A program made the translations under genes and the position numbers. DNA of 64,000 nucleotides from Macrostomum lignano. Lineage: Eukaryota. The stretch covers positions 62,001-126,000 of the forward strand of contig NIVC01002029.1 of NCBI GenBank assembly GCA_002269645.1, given 5' to 3'. The notes beneath the pieces are model-generated. The model ran no database searches. It was given only the letters and a program-made list of their open reading frames with translations, and had not been told where the DNA came from. Below, piece after piece: positions 1 to 14,909 of this stretch (within the stretch, counting starts at the first letter, position 1; each line of letters starts with the position of its first letter).

Positions 1-209
1 TCACGTGTTGCAATGTATTACGTAAGACTCACGCGCACTTACTCTTCACATATATAAATATACTTGCAGGGCAAGTCGGCCCATTTCTAAGACTCTTCGT
101 GCACTCGCAAACCCTCCGATTTTGTCTGAGTCACTACACTGTCTCTGCAGTGTTTTGTCTGGACGGATTTGTCTATGGCCAAACCCCACTCAGCGCCGTG
201 CAGAACAGC

Positions 210-430
210 AAATCTTTAGGAAATCCGCTGTTGCCCCTCTCCAAAAGTACGGCAAGGTCGGGGGTTCGATTCTCGACCTGCTTGGAACAATTTGTGTCCA
301 TAAGCAAGACACTTCACTCTGCATTGCTTCAGCTCACCCAGCTGTAAAATGGGTGCCAGCATTAGCTGGGGTAATTGAGGGTGTGTGTGGCGACTCCCCA
401 GTCCTTGGACTGAACAGCCGTACGCAGTCT
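210..430 (+). mobile_element. Degenerate tRNA-derived SINE remnant
   Basis: B-box-like GGTTCGATTC at 263-272 inside a short hairpin. It is followed by TGTGTCCATAAGCAAGACACTTCACTCTGCATTGC...CACCCAGCTGTAAAATGGGTGCCAGC, which resembles from recall the conserved central domain of invertebrate tRNA SINEs. No clear A-box; boundaries approximate. Confidence 0.5.
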
Positions 431-817
431 TGAGTTGAGATACTGAGAACTTTGTGATAAAAACTGAAATCTTCCCATCTCGCCTCGAGCAGAATCTGCC
501 AGTACGGCGTAATTCTACCCTAGAAACTTTTGTCCTGCTACAGATCCGGATAAAAATCAAAGAACCAGTATGAACCGGATCCAAACCGGAGTCTTGATCA
601 AATTCAACGCATTTTGCACACAAGCGGCTCAAGGAGCCGTGAGCTGCTAGCAGCGGGTGGCAGTCTCAGATTCAACTGCCGAGCACGCGATGCAGGTTGG
701 CTGGGCTGAGTCTGTGACTCCGATGAGCTGAAACAGAACACTTATAGACTTGCTATAAATAGGTATCCGGTATGGACATCCCGTTTGATATGTTTCTTGT
801 CAGACAGTCTGTTTTAG

Positions 818-1030
818 AATGATATTGGAGTGATATTGGAGTGATGTTGGAGTGATATTGGAGTGACATTGGAGTGATATTGGAGTGATATTGGAGTGAT
901 ATTGGAGTGATATTGGAGTGATATTGGAGTGATATTGAAGTGATATTGGAGAGACATTGGAGTGTTATTGGATTGATATTGAGGTGATATTGGGGTGATA
1001 TTTTGGTGATATTGGGGTTATATTGGGGCC
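818..1030. repeat. 11-bp minisatellite (GATATTGGAGT)n
   Basis: Direct tandem copies that decay at the 3' end. Confidence 0.95.
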
Positions 1031-1632
1031 TAAGCATTTTTAATCTCCGTGATCCTTGTCTAAGAGACTTACGAGTACTTAGTATGAAGTCCTAAAATCT
1101 CTATATTGAAAAGTCAGCTAGCATTAGAAATTTGAAATCGATAAACATAATTAACTTTCAGATCTCTTCACTTTCTCTCTCTATCCAGGTCACCTGTGCT
1201 CTCGCTTTGCTAGGCTGGATCCATAGCAGTAATAAAGTTTGCATTATACAGTTTCAGATACAGTAGCTGGGTAGGCTGATCGGGTTTTGCCAGCTAAACT
1301 TAGCAGTCCTTGAACTTGAAGCGAGTTTAGTCCTGCTATGCTGTCAATGGAGTTTACAATCGCACAGCTGAATTCAAATTTCAAGCAAAAAACTGCACAG
1401 CCAGAGAACAAGTAGTTCTGACTCAATCGTATTTGATCAGTCTGGGAACTCTGTGCAATAACAGCTGTCAGACATGCAGGCTTGTACTCGTAATGGCGCT
1501 TTTAACTTCAAACAATCTTCTGGGGGGGGGGACAATTTACCAGGTTTTGATGGTATTTCAAATATATTTTCCTAAAAAATAGGTTAGAGTGATCCTCTAG
1601 CAAGCCATGCGAGCGTAGACCCACTTTTTTGT

Positions 1633-1830
1633 TCCACTGTTCCCTGCTTTCTGACCACACTGTCCCCTGCTTTCTGTCCACTGTCCCCTGCTTTCTGTCC
1701 ACTGTCCCCTGCTTTCTGTCCACACTGTCCCTGCTTTCTGTCCACACTGTCCCCTGCTTTCTGTCCACTGTCCTTTGCTTTCTGTCCACTGTCCCCTGCT
1801 TTCTGTCCACTGTCCCCTGCTTTCTGTCCA
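1633..1830. repeat. 21-bp minisatellite (CACTGTCCCCTGCTTTCTGTC)n
   Basis: About 9 tandem copies; explains the ORF-track entries at 1508-2020. Confidence 0.95.
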
Positions 1831-2255
1831 ATGTCCTTGGAAAAAATTCGAGATCACACATGTGCGCTACAGATGGAAAAGTTCAAATCGAAATGATTTG
1901 TTTATTCAAATTGGCGCGATTATAACTGTAAATATTAACAAAACCACTGCGGTTAGGTTAAATATTTCTATATTACTAAGCGAGAAAAATGTGTATGGTT
2001 ATAGTGATAATAAAAATTAAATGACAATCTTTAAAAAAAGTTCTAGCCGAAATTTTAATCTAAAAATCTAAAATAGAATACAACCTACTCAGTTAAAGCA
2101 CTTTTCTATTTGGCGCTGTTTTAACTTAAAAACATGAACTTGAACAAAATGAGAATATCTGAAGGATGAGCAAAGTTGAAGTATTTTTGATTGTTACAAA
2201 ATATGGTTAGTTTCTTAATTAGTGATGTAACAAAGCCAATTCTCGTTGCGCAGCA

Positions 2256-5200
2256 CTAGTAGGCATACACAACCTGCTGGGTTCGAACCACGGAGACAAT
2301 TGCAACGACAGCTACCGGCTCTTGAGGCTGCGTGAAGGCGGAGTCGGCGGGGGCGGCGCTCCCAGCGCTCCTCTCCAAGGTGGACAGCACCGAGGGTATT
2401 CGAGGCGGGCTGACCACACGGTGACGCTGCTGCAAGCTGAAGCTCGTCCTCACTGAGGAGGAACGCAGCGGCGGAGGCGGCGGCGGCGGGGGCGGCGGGG
2501 GCGGAGGTGGCGGCGGTGGCTCAGCTACATCCTGAGTCGACCGCACTCGGGACTCTATGTCATCCTCTTGAGCAGTAGTCGACCTGAAATTGTGCCTTAA
2601 ATCCAAGTTCCTTAAAAACTCTGTATTCCCTAGACTCCCCCATTCCCTAAAATCCCCATTCCCCTAAACTCCCCAATTCCTAAAATCCCCATTCCCCTAA
2701 ACTCCCCATTCCCCTAAACTCCCCATTCCCCTAAACTCCCCATTCCCCTAAACTCCCCATTCTCCTAAATTCCCCAATCCCTAAAATCCCCATTCCCCTA
2801 AACTCCCCAATCCCGAAACTCCCCATTCCCTAAATGCCTCATTCCCGAAACTCCCCATTCCCTAAATGCCTCATTCCCTAAACTCCCCATTCCCCTAAAC
2901 TCCTCATTCCCTAAACTCCCCATTCCCTAAACTCCCCATTCCCCTAAACTCCCCAATCCCTGAAACCCCCATTCCCTAAATGCCTCATTCCCTAAACTCC
3001 CCATTCCCCTAAACTCCCCAATCCCTAAAATCCCCATTCCCCTAAACTCCTCAATCCCGAAACTCCCCATTCCCTAAACGCCTCATTCCCTAAACTCCCC
3101 ATTCCCCTAAACTCCCCAATCCCTAAAATCCCCATTCCCCTAAACTCCCCAATCCCCAGCTCCGCATACCCTAAACTCCCCAATCCCCAACTCCGCATAC
3201 CCTAAACTCCCCAATCCCCAACTCCGCATACCCTAAACTCCCCAATCCCCAACTCCGCATACCCTAAACTCCCCAATCCCCAACTCCGCATACCCTAAAC
3301 TCCCCAATCCCCAACTCCGCATACCCTAAACTCCCCATTTTCTAAACCTGTCCATTCTCTAAACTCCCCAATCCCGAAACTCCCCATTCCCTAAACGCCT
3401 CATTCCCTAAACTCCCCATTCCTCTAAACTCCCCAATCCTTAAAATCCCCATTCCCCTAAACTCCCCAATCCCGAAACTCCCCATTCCCTAAACGCCTCA
3501 TTCCCTAAACTCCCCATTCCTCTAAACTCCCCAATCCTTAAAATCCCCATTCCCCTAAACTCCCCAATCCCGAAACTCCCCATTCCCTAAACGCCTCATT
3601 CCCTAAACTCCCCATTCCCCTAAACTCCCCATTCCCTAAACTCCCCATTCCCTAAACGCCTCATTCCCTAAACTCCCCATTCCCCTAAACTCCCCAATCC
3701 CTAAAATCCCCATTCCCCTAAACTCTCCAATCCCCAGCTCCGCATACCCTAAACTCCCCAATCCCCAACTCCGCATACCCTAAACTCCCCAATCCCCAAC
3801 TCCGCATACCCTTAACTCCCCATTTTCTAAACCTGTCCATTCTCTAAACTCCCCAATCTCGAAACTCCCCATTCCCTAAACGCCTCATTCCCTAAACTCC
3901 CCATTCCTCTAAACTCCCCAATCCTTAAAATCCCCATTCCCCTAAACTCCCCAATCCCGAAACTCCCCATTCCCTAAACGCATCATTCCCTAAACTCCCC
4001 ATTCCCCTAAACTCCCCATTCCCTAAACTCCCCAATCCCCAACTCCGCATACCCTTAACTCCCCAATCCCCAACTCCGCATACCCTAAACTCCCCAATCC
4101 CCAACTCCGCATACCCTTAACTCCCCATTTTCTAAACCTGTCCATTCTCTAAACTCCTCTTTATTATAGGGGAACTCTAGGGTTTTTTCAGAAAAATGAT
4201 GCATTTGTTCAAAAATAAAATAGGAATTCTACGTCTGCTACTTCTAGTAAGCTGCAAGGCAATTCTACTCACGCAAAGTCCTGACTGTTTAGCCACTCCC
4301 TCGTGCGCGAGTTGGGCGTGCTCCACTCTAAGAAGATGGGCGATTCAGCCCCGGCAGCATTCAGCAAGTCATCGTGGGATCGCGTCTCCAACCGGACCTG
4401 TCGTGAGTGCGGTTGCCTGCGTGGGTGGATGCGGTGGTTATGAAATTGAAATTGGCGGCTACTGATAACTAAATTAGCCTTGCTTACTGATAACTATAAA
4501 TTAGCCTTGCTTACTGATAACTATAAATTAGCCTTGCTTACTGATAACTATAAATTAGCCTTGCTTACTGATAACTATAAATTAGCCTTGCTTACTGATA
4601 ACTATAAATTAGCCTTGCTTACTGATAACTATAAATTAGCCTTGCTTACTGATAACTATAAATTAGCCTTGCTTACTGATAACTATAAATTAGCCTTGCT
4701 TACTGATAACTATAAATTAGCCTTGCTTACTGATAACTATAAATTAGCCTTGCTACTGATAACTAAATTAGCCTTGCTTACTGATAACTATAAATTAGCC
4801 TTGCTTACTGATAACTATAAATTAGCCTTGCTTACTGATAACTATAAATTAGCCTTGCTACTGATAACTATAAATTAGCCTTGCTTACTGATAACTATAA
4901 ATTAGCCTTGCTTACTGATAACTATAAATTAGCCTTGCTTACTGATAACTATAAATTAGCCTTGCTTACTGATAACTATAAATTAGCCTTGCTTACTGAT
5001 AACTAAACTAGCCTTGCTACTGATTAACTAAACTAGCCCCACTACTGATATCTGCTGTACCCAAATATTAACCCGAATCCAATGCACTTTTATTTTATTT
5101 TATTAGCTTATCCCGTTAAATAAAATAAGCATACCACTAATTTATGCTCAACTAATAGCACCCTTCGACTTAACGCGGATTCTCAATGCAAAAATACAAT

Positions 5201-6476
5201 ACCTTATAATTAGTTTGAGCTATTTTACTCATGGATAAGTTTCTCACAGTCTGCCCCCGTGTCGTAGTGAACAATTAACTGAGACTGACTGGGACTGGCT
5301 GACTCACTCAGTCTGTCAGTCGAGCACAGAGATGGAATGAGGACACAATATTCGGTTAAAGTCTTCATTGTGTGCAAGTGTACAATGTGAGAGGCAACTG
5401 AGCCTAAACTTCTCAAGATGCACTTGCAAGTTGTTTACGAAGAAACTTATGCCTATACTCTCGCTTGCACTGCAGTGCTTTGCGCCGCTTTGAGCACCTC
5501 AGACTATAATTCCTGCCTCGCTTTCTTACTCATTCATGAGCTCATGAACTCACCCATGAACTCATTCATGAACTCACTCATGAAGTCAACCATGAACTCA
5601 CTCATGAAGTCAATCATAAACTCACTCATGAAGTCAACCATGAACTCACTCATGAAGTCAATCATAAACTCACTCACTTTACTTTATTGCTACATTCTCT
5701 ACGTTCTCTACGCCTAATTCTCTTGATATTTCTTCAAGAAGCCCAGGAAAAGGTTACCTCAGATCCCTTGTTGACAGGGCTGGAATTTCACAACGGCCCC
5801 TGGGACTGCTGGGTCCTGGCTTTTGCTTGGCTTCAGTTTGGCCCGGCCTTGGCCGAGTCTGCCTATTCGGCAGTGCCGGCGGCTTCCGTTTGGGCCGCCT
5901 GTCCCTAAAGGGGTGAAGTCACGGTGAGAGGGAGTGTATGAGAGGAGGGTGTGGGTGTAGGAGAGGAGGGTGAGGGTGTAGGAGAGGAGGGTGAGGGTGT
6001 AGGAGAGGAGGGTGAGAATGTAGGATAGGAGGATGAAAGTGTAAGGATATGAGGGTGAGAGTGTAGGATAGGAGGGTGAGCTGGTGTGGGATAGGAGGGT
6101 GAGGGTGTGGGATAGGAGGGTGAGGGTGTGGGATGGGAGGGTAAGAGTGTGGGATAGGAGGGTGAGGGTGTGGGATAGGAGGGTGAGGGTGTGGGATAGG
6201 AGGGTGAGGGTGTGGGATAGGAGGGTGAGAGTGTAAGGATTAGGAGGATGAGGGTGTGGGATGGGAGGGTAAGGGTGTGGGATCGGAGGGTGGGGGTGTG
6301 GGATGGGAGGGTAAGAGTGTGGGATAGGAGGGTGAGGGTGTGGGAGGACGGTGAGAGAGAAGGAGGATGAGAGTGAGTTTCCAAGGCAGAATCTATTTGG
6401 CTGCTCACCCAATCCTAAAGTTAAACAGGTTGCTAAAACCGCTCATTGCCCGAGCGATCGAATGATGACACGGCAT
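2256..6476 (-). CDS. Gene A: uncharacterised 228-aa proline-rich, low-complexity protein; join(complement 6476-6409, 5904-5758, 4416-4273, 2583-2256)
   Basis: Four exons with GT-AG boundaries (donors GTGAGC, GTAACC, GTGAGT; acceptors TTTAG, CGCAG, TTTCAG). All junctions are phase 2, total 687 nt, open from ATG 6476 to TAG 2256. Translation MPCHHSIARAMSGFSNLFNFRIGDRRPKRKPPALP...P17 tract...QQVVYAY. No family recognised. Confidence 0.65.
2630..4150. repeat. C-rich 16-17-bp satellite (CCCTAAACTCCCCATT)n with higher-order variants, last intron of gene A
   Basis: About 1.5 kb of tandem units; variant blocks such as CCCCAACTCCGCATACC and TTTTCTAAACCTGTCCATTCT recur. Confidence 0.95.
4460..5048. 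repeat. 27-bp minisatellite (ACTGATAACTATAAATTAGCCTTGCTT)n
   Basis: About 21 near-identical copies in an intron of gene A. Confidence 0.95.
5535..5675. repeat. 12/24-bp minisatellite (CATGAACTCACT/CATGAAGTCAAC)
   Basis: Short tandem array, intronic in gene A. Confidence 0.85.
5930..6375. repeat. 21-bp purine-rich minisatellite (GGATAGGAGGGTGAGGGTGTG)n
   Basis: Tandem copies fill the first coding intron of gene A. Confidence 0.9.
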
Positions 6477-7616
6477 TTTGGTCAGTAGCTGAGTAAAAAA
6501 GACGAGTTCGAATTTCTTCAACACATTAGAGGTTACTATCTGCTTTATACATTTATGAATAAAAACCTACCTCAGTCTAGATATTTATACCCTCAAAGTC
6601 TAACCCTTAGCTCGTATCGTGACTGATTCGTGAGCTCGTTCGTCCTACCACTCAGGTGCAAGTGGAAAACTGAGCCTCTGTTTGTATGCTTCTTTAGCTT
6701 CATTCCGGGCGTTGCTGGCAAGCCCCAGATAGAACAGCGCCGCCCACGCAAATATTCAACAATCTCTGCCTCCATTTCTCTTAGGCTCTTTTGTGAGCCT
6801 GGAGTGAAATGGGTGTTAGCCATCCACCCCTCGCGCTGTACATTGTGCCGCCTTTGTGCTCCGTCCTCTCTACCCCCCGTGGGGTGGGGGAGGGGTTTGC
6901 TCACCCGCTTATTTATTTGCACGCCGCCCTCTGTGCCCCGTCGCTCGCTTTGGCTTTGCAGCTCAAAATTTTTTTAAGCACATTCTTTTTTCTTTTAATC
7001 TCGTTTGCTTGCAAAATAAACTTATCGTTACTACGGGGTCGCTTTCCCCACCTCTCGCGCTGCTTCGGGCCATAAGCCTTTGCCTGCCTGCTGTTCGTCT
7101 CTTTCGCTGTTGGGGTGTGATTGGTTAATCTCATGTTTTGTTTCTGAGCTTGCCGCAGCAGCTATATTCATTGACGGTTTCTACAATACATAGCTGGGAA
7201 AATCCTTGCGGTTTCGCTTCGTTATCAGTTTGTCATGATTCACCCGATAAGCAGCGATACAATTGCACGTTTCCACGTTTTCCTGTAAACTCGTGACCCT
7301 TCCAAAAATTTGTACGATAAGCGGATGACTCATACAGACAGTGTAAAGAATCCGTCCGAGCCAATTGTGGCTAAGAAAAGAAAAATGTGAGTAATTGAAC
7401 AGTGGAGTAAGTACGGTTCTGGCCGGTTCCCTGGACCCCTGCGCTACATGTACTTCGAGCAAGTACAAGTAAAGTGATTTGAGGCATTTATTTCATGTAT
7501 TTATGCATGCATTAACGATAGTTAATTTTATAATCAGAATTAAAAAAAGTATCGCATTCGTATTGTGTGAAAGTAAAAGAGAAAATTGAATATCCATTTC
7601 CTTCGTGCTTAGGCAT

Positions 7617-7670
7617 GAAGCAATTTTAAGCAATTTTAAGCAATTTAAGCAATTTTAAGCAATTTTTATG
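7617..7670. repeat. 10-bp repeat (AAGCAATTTT)n
   Basis: About 5 copies between the divergent genes. Confidence 0.8.
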
Positions 7671-8185
7671 CAAATCACTGGAATGTTTAAAGTAGTAGTG
7701 TTTCTTCAAACTCGTCTTCAAATTTCTGTAAATTCCATCATATAATTTTACGAAATTTTATGCGAAACGGAACTTAAACATTAATTTTACACAAGAACGA
7801 CTTAAGTAAGGATCACGGAATTGATATCTGGTTTAGCAGTAGCCCTCGATTCTAACTGAGATCGACGCTAAAAATCCAGGTTATAGTCAGTAAGTTACTG
7901 CGCGGAAATTCGTTTTGTTTTAAGTTCATTTCAACAAAACGATAAAAACTCTTTAAACTAAACAACACAGGGTTACATCAAAGTTAAAAAGGAGTTTTTT
8001 AAAAAGCAAGTTCTATTGTCAATAATATTTTTTAACTGAGATTTACATATGTAAATCAATACCGAAGAATCTAAGCAAACAAAAAGTTTAAACTGCAAAA
8101 GCCAGAGAGTTTACTTTAAGTCTAACCGGATAGAGTAGGCACACACCTGTAATTTGCAATTTCTGCTAACTAATAAAACGTAGTA

Positions 8186-10225
<2,040 letters not shown>

Positions 10226-10544
10226 ACCTGGCCCAGATGATCACTGGAAGCTGCGACAGACGCCGCGAACTATAAATTTTGCACTTTTTGTTTTAATTTG
10301 AACAGCGAATTCCTATTTTCATACAGTCTGAATACATGCAAATTTAATATGCTAAATTTCAATGTAGAATGATGCCTTAATAGAAAAGCCTTTGTAGACT
10401 ATCGGCCTGTCTGTCTCACTACTTTGTCATTGTATTTAAGAAGCAAAGACATATAAAGTTTTTTGACTATGTTTGATTTTTAACAAATGAGACTGCTACT
10501 GCGGGCCTTCGACAATTGACACCGGCTCGACACTTCCTTCAGTT

Positions 10545-10577
10545 CTCCATCTCTCTTCCTCTCCTTCTTCTTCCCAT

Positions 10578-10628
<51 letters not shown>

Positions 10629-10800
10629 TTTCTTTCTACTCCCACTATCTCTCCATCTCCCTCTCCCCCCCTCCTTTTACATCTCATTTTTTCTCTCCAC
10701 CCGTCTCTCTGCCTACTCTTACCTCTTCCTCTCTTCCTCCCTATCGCTCTCCGTCTCCCTCTTTCCTTCTGCTTCTCCGTCTCCGTCTCCGTCTGTTTTT
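10545..10800. repeat. Polypyrimidine tract including a (CT)n microsatellite
   Basis: Pure (CT)n at about 10583-10626 within CT-rich low-complexity sequence. Confidence 0.85.
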
Positions 10801-11049
10801 CTCTGCCAAATTGTCAAATTCGAGACACACTACTTGCAACAGAATAGTAATATCTTGAGCATTTGATTTATTAAAATAATACGAGCTCATTGCAAAAAAC
10901 AATCGACTTGACAGTCTGTCAAAACTGTTCGGTACGAGTTTGGAACTGCTGTTCAATCAGCATGAACCAACTGCAATGCAATGCGACCAGTTTTTACCAA
11001 TGCTTGAGAAGTAGAGACGGTTGTTCGGCAAAGTGGGAAACGGAAGGCG

Positions 11050-11520
11050 AAGATTTGGAGAGGACGAGAGGGGCAGATAGATGAAGATTAAGAGGAGAGA
11101 TTAATGCATAGGAAGAGAAGAGAGACAACTTGGAGAGGAAGAGCCCAAGGAAGAAGAGGAGGTGGAGAGACTGGGGCAGGGAGAGAGGGAATGAAGAAGA
11201 GAGTGATACAGAGAAAGGAGGGGGAGATGGAGAGGTAGATAGGAATGGGGAGGAGAAGCAGAAAGGGAGGGGAGAAGGAGACGTAGATAGGGAAGGGGAG
11301 GGGATGTAGATAGGGAGGGGGAGAAGGAGAGGTAGATAGGGAGGGGGGTGGAGAGGTAGATACGGAGGGGGAGGTGGAGAGGTAGATACGGAGTGGGAGG
11401 AGAGGTAGATACGGAGGGGGTGGAGAGGTAGATAGGGAGGGGGGTGGAGAGGTAGATACGGAGGGAGAAGGAGAGGTAGACAGTGAGATAGGAGGAGAGG
11501 AAACGTGGAGAGGCAGGAAG
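11050..11520. repeat. Polypurine (GA-rich) degenerate minisatellite
   Basis: Recurrent GGAGAGGTAGATA(C/G)GGAGG units. Confidence 0.8.
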
Positions 11521-12149
11521 AGACGGAGAAGCAGAATGAAACAGACAAAGGCAAAGCAGCGAGAGAGGCAGTTTGCCCCATTCATTCGCTCAGCGAAAAC
11601 TGTCAGAATTTTCCAGTGACTGCAGAAAGCTCCAGCAGCACAATGAATAAATGCATTGGCAGAGGGGGCCCGTCTAACACCGCCAGCCTTATTAAAGCCA
11701 GGGTATCGGCTGTGATAATGAAATCCAAAATCAGTTGGCGAAGGCGCACTCGCCCCCCCCCCCCTGTCTGCAGTCAATTATTCATGCCAGCTGCGTTGAA
11801 TGACCGCCAGGCAGTTTCTCATATAAAATGCTGAAATGCCGTTTCTAGGTCTGAGGAACACGCACCTGCCTGCTTAAACCTCTAGTTTAGCGGAGACTTG
11901 GGTCTCAACAATGGGAATTTTCTTTTCTATAGCAGGGCCATTGTCCGCAACCTACCCTCCTTGGAGGGGGTTCTGTCTGGCTATCTTTATGAGGCGTATT
12001 GGCATAAGGGGTGCTTCCACAAGGTCGAAATTTCACAAGGTAGAAACCCCCCCCCCGGCATAAGGACAGCGGGGAGAGAAGGATTAAAAATTTCGGTCAA
12101 GGCATGCAGAGCTCTGTCTGAATTTGATTCAGATGTACCTGGAAGGCCC

Positions 12150-14238
12150 AGACTCTGATGAGTTGGGTGGCTCAGCATCTGCAGACTTTGATGAGCTGGG
12201 TGGCTCAGCATCTGCAGACTCTGATAAGCTGGGTGGCTCAGCATCTGCAGACTCTGATAAGCTGGGTGGCTCAGCATCTGCAGACTCTGATAAGCTGGGT
12301 GGCTCAGCATCTGCAGACTTTGATGAGCTGGGTGGCTCAGCATCTGCAGACTCTGATAAGCTGGGTGGCTCAGCATCTGCAAACTCTGATAAGCTGGGTG
12401 GCTCAGCATCTGCAGACTTTGATGAGCTGGGTGGCTCAGCATCTGCAGACTCTGATAAGCTGGGTGGCTCAGCATCTGCAAACTCTGATAAGCTGGGTGG
12501 CTCAGCATCTGCAGACTTTGATGAGCTGGGTGGCTCAGCATCTGCAGACTCTGATAAGCTGGGTGGCTCAGCATCTGCAGACTCTGATAAGCTGGGTGGC
12601 TCAGCATCTGCAGACTTTGATGAGCTGGGTGGCTCAGCATCTGCAGACTCTGATAAGCTGGGTGGCTCAGCATCTGCAGACTCTGATAAGCTGGGTGGCT
12701 CAGCATCTGCAAACTCTGATAAGCTGGGTGGCTCAGCATCTGCAGACTTTGATGAGCTGGGTGGCTCAGCATCTGCAGACTCTGATAAGCTGGGTGGCTC
12801 AGCATCTGCAGACTCTGATAAGCTGGGTGGCTCAGCATCTGCAGACTCTGATAAGCTGGGTGGCTCAGCATCTGCAGACTCTGATAAGCTGGGTGGCTCA
12901 GCATCTGCAGACTCTGATAAGCTGGGTGGCTCAGCATCTGCAGACTTTGATGAGCTGGGTGGCTCAGCATCTGCAGACTCTGATAAGCTGGGTGGCTCAG
13001 CATCTGCAACTCTGATAAGCTGGGTGGCTCAGCATCTGCAGACTTTGATGAGCTGGGTGGCTCAGCATCTGCAGACTCTGATAAGCTGGGTGGCTCAGCA
13101 TCTGCAGACTCTGATAAGCTGGGTGGCTCAGCATCTGCAGACTTTGATGAGCTGGGTGGCTCAGCATCTGCAGACTCTGATAAGCTGGGTGGCTCAGCAT
13201 CTGCAGACTCTGATAAGCTGGGTGGCTCAGCATCTGCAAACTCTGATAAGCTGGGTGGCTCAGCATCTGCAGACTTTGATGAGCTGGGTGGCTCAGCATC
13301 TGCAGACTCTGATAAGCTGGGTGGCTCAGCATCTGCAGACTCTGATAAGCTGGGTGGCTCAGCATCTGCAACTCTGATAAGCTGGGTGGCTCAGCATCTG
13401 CAGACTTTGATGAGCTGGGTGGCTCAGCATCTGCAGACTCTGATAAGCTGGGTGGCTCAGCATCTGCAGACTCTGATGAGCTGGGTGGCTCAGCATCTGC
13501 AGACTCTGATAAGCTGGGTGGCTCAGCATCTGCAGACTCTGATAAGCTGGGTGGCTCAGCATCTGCAGACTCTGATAAGCTGGGTGGCTCAGCATCTGCA
13601 GACTCTGATAAGCTGGGTGGCTCAGCATCTGCAGACTCTGATAAGCTGGGTGGCTCAGCATCTGCAGACTTTGATGAGCTGGGTGGCTCAGCATCTGCAG
13701 ACTCTGATAAGCTGGGTGGCTCAGCATCTGCAGACTCTGATAAGCTGGGTGGCTCAGCATCTGCAGACTTTGATGAGCTGGGTGGCTCAGCATCTGCAGA
13801 CTCTGATAAGCTGGGTGGCTCAGCATCTGCAGACTCTGATAAGCTGGGTGGCTCAGCATCTGCAGACTTTGATGAGCTGGGTGGCTCAGCATCTGCAGAC
13901 TCTGATAAGCTGGGTGGCTCAGCATCTGCAGACTCTGATAAGCTGGGTGGCTCAGCATCTGCAGACTCTGATAAGCTGGGTGGCTCAGCATCTGCAGACT
14001 TTGATGAGCTGGGTGGCTCAGCATCTGCAGACTCTGATAAGCTGGGTGGCTCAGCATCTGCAGACTCTGATAAGCTGGGTGGCTCAGCATCTGCAGACTC
14101 TGATGATGAGCTGGGTGGCTCAGCATCTGCAGACTCTGATAAGCTGGGTGGCTCAGCATCTGCAGACTCTGATGATGAGCTGGGTGGCTCAGCATCTGCA
14201 GACTTTGATGATGAGCTGGGTGGCTCAGCATCTGCAAA
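12150..14238. repeat. 33-bp minisatellite (CTGGGTGGCTCAGCATCTGCAGACTCTGATAAG)n, about 63 copies
   Basis: Two main unit variants (CTCTGATAAG and CTTTGATGAG), two identical 1-bp deletions about 362 bp apart, and +3 insertions near the 3' end. Confidence 0.97.
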
Positions 14239-14909
14239 CTACAGTGCAGTGCAAATTTCAGATAATTCTACCAGCATCTGCAGCTGCCACCACCGCCCTC
14301 AGGGGCTTCCCTCATCCCATACAATGTCAGGTTCTCATAAATCTAAGAAAAACGCGTGGGCCGCTGTTGATGCAACTATCATACCCAGTTTGATGCGGGA
14401 TGGGGGTTGCCGGCATAAAACAATGGGTCATTTATCCTATACACCTGTGAGCTTGGTCATTAATCAGTTGTGCCGGTAGGGGCCTCATCTCTGCCCAGAT
14501 AACTGGATGCTGCAGAGCTCATCATCATCGTTACTGCCCGCAACTAGCCGCTGACATTTTTAATGCTTGACAAAAAAACTCCCTCCCGCCAACCCTTCCA
14601 ACCTCCGCCAGCCTCCGCCAGCCTCTGTCCCATCCGTCAGCAGGCCTGTTGAATTATTCAAGCCTTACCGATGTCGGGATGCTGCAGGATGCTGGATTGC
14701 CAGAAAAGACCTCCGCGGAGCCATGCCGTGCGCTCGCCAGCGTGAATTTTTTATCACATTTAGCTGAGCTGACCTCAAGGCGGGTAGGTAAAGCCTGACG
14801 CTTGGTCCGTGTGTTGACTTCATAAGAAAGACATCTTCGCATGGAATGCGTTGAGAATTGACATTTGAAGGTTGTGCTGAACTGCGTGGGAAGTTAGGAG
14901 AATGGTTGA

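Noticed and set aside
251-285. tRNA gene
   Set aside because: Only a T-arm/B-box-like motif is present, with no acceptor stem, D-arm or anticodon arm. It is better explained as a SINE head.
5229-5403. Extra exon of gene A (ORF 5225-5416)
   Set aside because: Its open frame needs a phase-1 entry, but the upstream exon ends in phase 2, which gives a stop. Exons 5904-5758 and 4416-4273 join directly in frame.
6593-7468. ORFs between gene A and MORN5
   Set aside because: They are short, overlap on both strands and have no recognisable motifs; probably promoter or UTR sequence.
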